A stretch of 64,000 nucleotides of DNA, from contig OX597823.1 in assembly GCA_951406725.2 (NCBI GenBank), positions 42,222,001-42,286,000 of the forward strand, written 5' to 3'. The DNA is from Octopus vulgaris. Taxonomy: Eukaryota. Positions 56,327 through 64,000 of the stretch are shown piece after piece. How positions within the stretch are numbered: the first letter of the stretch is position 1; each line of letters begins with the position of its first letter. Position numbers and translations under genes: made by a program. A model generated the notes under the pieces. It had not been told where the DNA came from, ran no database searches, and saw nothing but the letters and a program-made list of their open reading frames with translations.

Positions 56327-59300
56327 ATAAGCTAAAAAATATCAACCTTGGTTCTTGGAATGTGTGCACTCTCCGAGACAGTCACTCAGCTCCAGAGTGA
56401 AAAACAGCACCAGTTGCCCTTGAACTACAGTTAGAAGAACATAAAGGGGGATACATATCTTTCTGGTGTGGAAGAAATGAAGATATGCCATGCCACCTAG
56501 GTGTTGGTTTTGCCATTAAAACAGAAATAGCTAGATCCCTTTCTTTCTCTACCCTAAAGTATTTCTGACATGTCATGATACTAATGTTGGAACTTGATCG
56601 CAACACTCATGCTATAATTGTCAGATGGTATGCCCCAACCATGGCCAGCACTGAGCAGGAAAAGGTTGAATTTTATCATAGGTATAACTTATCCTTATTG
56701 ACAACTTTAACACTCATGTTGGTACTGACTACCAGGTATGGGAGGATGTTATTAGTTGCTACGTTGTAGGTTGAATGAACTCCAGGGAATTCAGTCTAAG
56801 CATCACAAATATCTTTTTTCAATAGCAGAATTGTTGCAAGATGCCCTGAGTGCATTCTAGATCTAAGGATTGGCATCTTATAAACTACAATATCACTCAG
56901 AAATGAGATATTAGGAACTTTAGCATTACACATTCCTTTCATAACACCTGCTGTCTCTCTGACCATTTTCTTCTCTCTAGTAAGGCTATGTTCCATTTGA
57001 AATACACAAGACTACAAAAGTCATCAGTGCTTAAGTGCATTAATGTTCTGCATTTGAAAACTTTTGGAAGCAGACTGAGCTTTCTATCAAGTTGGACACT
57101 GCACTCGGCTCTGCATGATGCAATGCACTGTGCATCTGTAAAGGTTCTTGAACTTCCTATTCATAAACATCAAGATTGGTTCAACAATAACAACACAGAT
57201 GTCCAAAAGTTGATAGATAAAATGCACAGCTCTCACAAAAGATGGATAAATAAAAAGATAAATAAAAAGAATTCATCCAGAAAAGAGAATACCTACAAGA
57301 AATGCTGAAGCCAGGACCAACATGCTCTGAGACAGATGAAGGATGCTTGGTGATCTTTGAAGGCTACTGAACTCCAAGAAGCTGCAGACAGAAAGGATTC
57401 TAAAGCCTTTTATGATGGCCTCAAGGAAGTGTATGGTCCTCAAGAGGACCAAGAGCATGGTGTTACTCCTATTTTTTCATCGAATAGAGAGAGACTGCTG
57501 ACTGACAAATCTAACATCTTGAAACGATGGAAAGATCACTTTGAAGCCATGTCGAACTTCGCCTCAGTCACTAATGATGATATCATATCTGTTCTACAGT
57601 ACACTGAAATACCGGAACTGTCTCTGGAGCCAGCCTTCCTGGGAGTGGTAAACACTGTTAAACAGATCTCCTCTGGCAAATCATCTACCAGGGATGCTAT
57701 CCCTCTTGAAATCTACAAACATGGTGGACAGAACCTTTTTAAGAAACTGCATTACCTCTTCATAAACATTTGGAAGGTAGGCTGTGTACCAGAGGACTTC
57801 AAGGAAATAGAAGTGTCTGTGATAATCATCATGGAATATCGTTTCTGTCTATCGCTGGTGAGATTCTTGATTGACTCATACTTGCCAAGATCATCAAACA
57901 TATTATAAATGATATCTATCCAAAATCACATTCTGGTTGTGGCAGTATTGACATGATCTTTTCCCTCCAACAGATCATGGAGAGGGTATGTGAGAAAAAT
58001 CAAGAGTTGTTTTTGATATTCGTTGACCTTACTAAGGCCTTTGACATTGTTAACCAGCAAGCACTATGGAAAGTCCTGAAAAAGCTTGGTATACCTGACA
58101 AAATGGTGAATGTTATCATCTCCTTTCATGAGAGAGTGAAGGTTGCTGTCATGTCTGGTGTGGAATCTTTGGCTTCCTTCGACGTTACAAACAGCACAAA
58201 GCAAGGTTGTGTTATGGCCCCTGTTTTGTTTGCACTCTTCTTTTCAGTGATGCTGAGGTATGCTTTTGGTGACATACAAAATGGTGTCAAATTCCAGTTT
58301 TGAACAAGTGGTGGGCTATTCAATCATCAGCGTTTCAAAGCCAAAACTGCTACGCACTAGTATCATTCATGATCTATTTTTTGCAGATGACCTCATAGTA
58401 GTGACTTACTTAGAGGAAGCTCAAGAACTACTAGACCGGTTTTGTGCTGCATGTAGAGCTTTTGATTTGACCATCAGCATAAAGAAGATGGAAGTAATCT
58501 ACCAACCTTGTCCTACACCTAAACAAATTCAAGGTGTCAAGCAAAGGCCACCAGTTCACAGTTTTTCTGACACTCCTATAAAGGTTGACAGGAAAAGCCT
58601 AAATTATGTGAAGTCATTTACATGTAGTAAAGTGAATTTGAGCCCTTCCCTTCATGATGAAATCGTCAACCATCTTGCAAGGGAAACCAACACATTTGGC
58701 AAACTCTGTCATCACCTATGGAGTGAAAGGGGCATCCAACTTGACACCAAAGTACAGGTCTATAAAGCAGCTATTCTCACTACTCTCTTGAACAGCTCAG
58801 AATTGAGGATACCCTATAGACGACACATTAACCTTCCACAAAGACTGCCTGAGGAGAATCTGGTTATTCACTAAAAGACAAAGTTTCTAATGCCGACTTG
58901 TTTAGCCAGTGTGAGATTGGTGGGATTGAGAGCTTCCTTATACAATCACAATTGTGCTGGGCTGGCCATGTTGTCAGAATTAGTTGACGAAAGAATGCCC
59001 AAAGTCCACATGTATAGCCAGCTTGAAAGTGGGCACAGGAATGCTGATCGATCATGACTCAGATATCAGTACAAGCTGAAGAGTAACCTCTTAGATATGA
59101 AGATAGCTCACAACACTTTTGAGCAAACAGCCTTGGAACAAACAAAATGGAGATTGTTGTGTCAAAATAGTATTGGAAACTTTGTTGCAACTAGCATTAA
59201 CAGGTTTTGGTGTGAAAGGCAAAGAAGAAAAGTAGCTGCAAATATACAACCTACCCTGACGTGTAATCCTCATACTCGCAACATCTGTGGCCCTCTTTGC

Positions 59301-59410
59301 AAATAATTAGCAGGACTTAAATGTCACATTCGACATAAGCATTATGACTGACAAAGAAAGAGTTTGGTGTTAGAGCCTCAAACATCAAAACCAATAGGAG
59401 AGTCCATCAT
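56325..59410 (+). mobile_element. Decayed RTE/BovB-like LINE (APE endonuclease plus reverse transcriptase)
   Basis: NLGSWNVCTL at the start; RT motifs IFVDLTKAFD, KQGCVMAPVLF and LFFADD; TKVQVYKAAILTTLL. Many stops and frameshifts. Confidence 0.93.
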
Positions 59411-59959
59411 TTTATTAAATTTTTAATACTTTTGATATTAAAAATAAAAAATTAATTAATTAATTAATAAAATAATAATATATAAATATAAAAATATACA
59501 TACATACATATATATATATATTTGTATATATATATAAAATTTATAAGTTTAAATTATTTAAATAATTTTTTATTTTTAACTTTTATATTTTTAAATTAAT
59601 TTTATGTATTGGCTTATGTTTTTCACTGTTTGATTTGCCTAATAGTGGTTTTATCTCTAATTTAATATAATATAATATAATATAATATATTTATACTATA
59701 AAATTGGATTTAATCCTAAATCTAATTTTTCCCTGTAAGTTTGGATTTATTCCCTAATATTATTATTATTATTATATATATTATATATATATGCACACAC
59801 CATATAATCACAATATATTTATATTTCTCGTGGCTATGTGTTGTCTTAACTCTTATTTCTAACAATACTGGTGCTGGCTAGTGCCCTCAGTCATTTTAGG
59901 GATTTATATATTTCTGCCTTTTGGTTGTAAAATTGCAAATAAACCACCCTCGTTATTTA

Positions 59960-60010
<51 letters not shown>

Positions 60011-60352
60011 ATGTATATATTTATATACACAAAATTGTTGTATGTTTATATATATATGTGTGTGTAAGTGTGTGTATGTACACACATGTATGTGTCTGTA
60101 CCTGTCCTCCATCACCACTTGGAAACCAATGCTGGTGTGTTTATATTACATCCCATAATTTAGTGGTTCAGCAACAGAGATCGCTAGAAATAAGTACAAG
60201 GCTTTAAAAAACGAAGTCTTGGAGTCGATTCTTTCAGCTAAAATTCTTCAAAGCAGTATTCTAGCATGCCCACAGTCTAACGATTGGAAAGAGTAAAAGA
60301 TTTATAAATGCATAAGTTATATGTATGTATATATATATATAGATATAAATAT

Positions 60353-60420
<68 letters not shown>

Positions 60421-60661
60421 GTGTATGTATATGTATATATCTATATTTATTTATATATATATAAATATATATATATATGTATATGTATATATCTATTTAT
60501 ATATATATATATATATGAGTGTATTTATATGCATACATCTACATACAGTCACACATGTGTACATGAAAACACATTGCATAATGATTATGATACATGTAAG
60601 CATGTTAAAAGTATATATAATGTGTACACATACACATATTTACGTACATATTGTATATGTA

Positions 60662-60942
<281 letters not shown>

Positions 60943-61964
60943 TATATTATAACTTCATGTTATGAGGTTTCTGTCTGTTCTTACATATTTATTGAACCAT
61001 ATCATTTATATCTCCTGTTGATATACATTGCTATTTTCACCTTATAATATAACTGCATATTTTCAGTCAACTTGTATTCATATTTTCCATCTTGAAATGG
61101 CAACTGTTTGCAATTGTTTCTATTCATATGTCCTACAACATGTTCACCTGAAATTCATCTTTCACTGTATTCATGCATTGCCATATATATATCCATATTT
61201 CCTGTGTGTTGGTATGTATAGTTCTTTCACATATGGTCATACAATCCTCATGTGTTATTTATGCTTGCATTTATTCCAAAACTGAAGTAAAAAAAGTAAC
61301 AAAAAAAGGAAAATGATATTAGTATTTGATATTTGTTTTTATTGGTTCTTGGGTTTACATTATGGAGAAAACATTTTTGGGGGTAACATAATGTCATATG
61401 TAAAAAATACATACAACCATATGTATTTCTATGAGTATGAAGAACTATTTTTATACATCTCTTTATGTACATAAATATCTGTAAATAATATGCATATATA
61501 TTAGTTTTATTTTTGATTCTTAAAGCAAAAAAAAAGTACAAAGTGCCCATGCCACTTATATATTGGAATATTTCTGGAAGTTTGTGTATTTATGTGTGTG
61601 TGTGTGTGAATACGTGTACATGCATGTATATATGTTGGGATTTACAAACTTGCGTATATGTGTGTATTTTACATGAGCATATGTATGACCCTACAAATGT
61701 GTATCTATCAAGCAGACCATGAATGTGTCTGTCTTTGTATTCATGTAGTTTTCAGTTTATATTTGTACAGAAATCTACATATGAATGTGAGTATGTATGT
61801 TGCACATTCCTATATTCCTATATTGTATTCTTACTTAGCTCTATGTCTACATACAACTACAAAATCATTTTTTTTTCTATTTTCCATTTGTGTATCATAA
61901 TTGAAATATTCTCATAAACTAACGATATTCTTATATTCATTCAATATCTGCCAAAAAATCCCCA

Positions 61965-63350
61965 TTGTGAAATACTATCTCAATTTCAGTGTTGTGAATT
62001 TTTGCCTAAAAATCATAATTCTGACATTCTCTCTAAAATTCATGTTTGTGAAACTCTGCCTAAGTACACAGTTGCTAAATTCTGCCTAAAATTCACTGTT
62101 GTGAAATTTGTAGGCAACCTCATTTGAATCCAGTGTTGTCATGTGTTAATGAGAGTCATCTTGAGTTATCTCCCCTGTCACATCGTTAACAACTAGGTGG
62201 CGCTTGTTAGATAGATATAAAAAGACGCGCACAGCCAAGTAACATCCTCTGCCCCTCTCCCATGCGGCCTGAAGCTAACTACCTCTTCTACATCTCTGTT
62301 CCTGCTATGGGACAACCCTCTGTTGATTTGAATTTTGTTAAATCCTCTATACCATTCGTGGAAGGCAGCAAGACAAAAGCCTTTGCTTATTCAGCTTCCA
62401 TTCTGTTCTCTTGAATGATAATATACAAGATGTGTATAAATGCTCTCATCCCGGATCGGAATAAATACTCCATGTGCATGAAGTCTTCATGTTGTTGTTG
62501 TTCCTCACTGGATTAATTCCTACGGCTATCGAAGGATGATTGAACATTATATTAAATTAGTGGGCTAAAAGCTCGCTAAAATGGTGACCCCGATGTCAGA
62601 AACTATCCGATGGATAGTTTCCTTAAACAACTACAACTTGTATGAGTTTTCGAAGACTTCATGTACATGAAGTATTTGTTCCGATCTGGGATGAGAGCAT
62701 TTTTACACAGCTTGTATATTAACATTGAACAAAACAGAATGGAAGTTGAATAAGAAGAGTCTTTTGTCTTGCCACCTTCCATGAACGGTATAGAAGATTT
62801 AACAAAATTCTAATCAATGCAGGGTTGTCCTGTAGCATGAACAGAGATGTAGAAAATGTAGTTAGCTGCAGGCTGTGTGGGAGAGGAGAGGAGGATGTTA
62901 CTTGGCTGTGCACGTCTATTTATATCTATCTAACAAGCGCCACCTAGTTGTTAACGATGTGACAGGAGAGATAACTCTAGATGACTCTCATTAAAACATG
63001 ACAACACTGGATTCAAATAAGGTTGCCTACAAATTCTTCCCAAAGTTTGTAGTTGTGAAATTCTGCCTAAAATTCACAGTTGGGAAACTTTCTCTAAATT
63101 TCACAGATATGAATTTATGTCTAAATTTCACAGGAGCGAAATTCTACTTAAATTTCAGTTGTGAATTTTTGCCTGAAATTCACAGCTGTGAGATAAAGCC
63201 TAAAATTTCACAGTTTAACATTTGAGCTTAAGATTTGCAACACTGAAATTCTGCATAAATTTCTCATTCTGAAATTCTACCTAAGTTTCACAGGTGTAAA
63301 TTTCTGCCTGAATCTCAGTCATGAAATTCTGCTTAGTTGCGAGATTCTAC
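61965..63350. repeat. Degenerate 27-bp minisatellite split by the inverted-LTR element
   Basis: Unit approximately GTGAAATTCTGCCTAAA(A/T)TTCACAGTT at 61965-62108 and 63032-63350. Confidence 0.8.
62109..63031. mobile_element. Inverted-LTR / long-TIR element with an internal tRNA-Trp PBS and a 4-bp TSD
   Basis: TGTAGGCAAC...GTTGCCTACA ends; arms of about 380 bp (62109-62488 and 62652-63031); AATT on both flanks; TGGTGACCCCGATGT at 62582. Confidence 0.85.
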
Positions 63351-64000
63351 ATACAAACGTTATTTGTTAAGAAAGAAGTTAATGATGAAAAAGAAGGCAA
63401 AGAAAAATAACAAAACAGTAGATCTACAGATATGGCCAAATACTTACTGCTGACCTGGCACAACTAAATAAGCTTGCCATGTTGACTACCTGTAGGACAT
63501 ATTGTATAAAAGGAGAAGGCAGAAACTAGGTTAAAACGTGTTTCTATTCCATCTTATGTGTGGAGTGGGTTGAGATCTTTAGTCTCTGGATTGACAAAAC
63601 ATTTTACAAAATGGTTATTAATCTCCTCAAATTTTCTCCCACCCCTTACTTCAAGCCACTTCACCTTCTTAAACATGTCAACAGCTCCCTTCTTTCAGAA
63701 TCCAGGACTTCCACTCTGATACACATAAAACAAGATAGCTATTCGCTTCTTCCTTTTTTGACTCCACTTCTTCATTATTGTCATCCCCCTGTTCATTATC
63801 CTTTTCTTCTTCCTCCTCATTATAATCCTCTACCTACTCTTCCCTTTTTCATCTTCCTTCTCCAACCTCAGTGATCGTTAACAATTCTAGCTGGTCTAAA
63901 TTTTTGTCCTCAGAGAGAGAGTAAGAGAGCATTCCTTCTTTTGACTTGGCTGTGCCATCTGATGTTTCTCATTACTCTCAGATGACTTTATTCTCTCAGA

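Noticed and set aside
61965-63350. Palindromic 27-bp repeats superficially like a CRISPR array
   Set aside because: The units abut with no unique spacers, there are no cas genes, and the context is eukaryotic.

Overview
This is AT-rich, microsatellite-dense animal DNA; the SINE, LINE and microsatellite content looks like an octopus (coleoid cephalopod) genome, which is an inference. Nearly all ORFs in the supplied track are microsatellite artefacts. The window is the interior of one large + strand gene: three small GT-AG exons (8267-8351, 16362-16453, 53614-53790) splice in frame into two Sushi/CCP domains, resembling Hikaru genki/LEV-9-type proteins. The introns hold tRNA-derived SINEs and decayed mariner, Tc1, RTE and R4/Dong-like elements plus several MITEs. 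The main signal is a set of about 12 short non-coding elements with little or no visible similarity to each other, most carrying a type I hammerhead ribozyme motif (CUGAnGA...GAAAC...NUH) and most sitting in or next to (TA)n tracts. One is a young 1.56-mer tandem with a 535-nt monomer (retrozyme-like), and several are foldbacks that invert at the ribozyme. Intact ribozyme cores are mostly antisense to the host gene. Two further oddities are a 923-bp element made of two inverted LTR-like arms around a tRNA-Trp primer-binding site with a 4-bp TSD, and an old intronic inverted duplication just upstream of exon 3. Exon and ribozyme coordinates were counted by hand; repeat boundaries are approximate.
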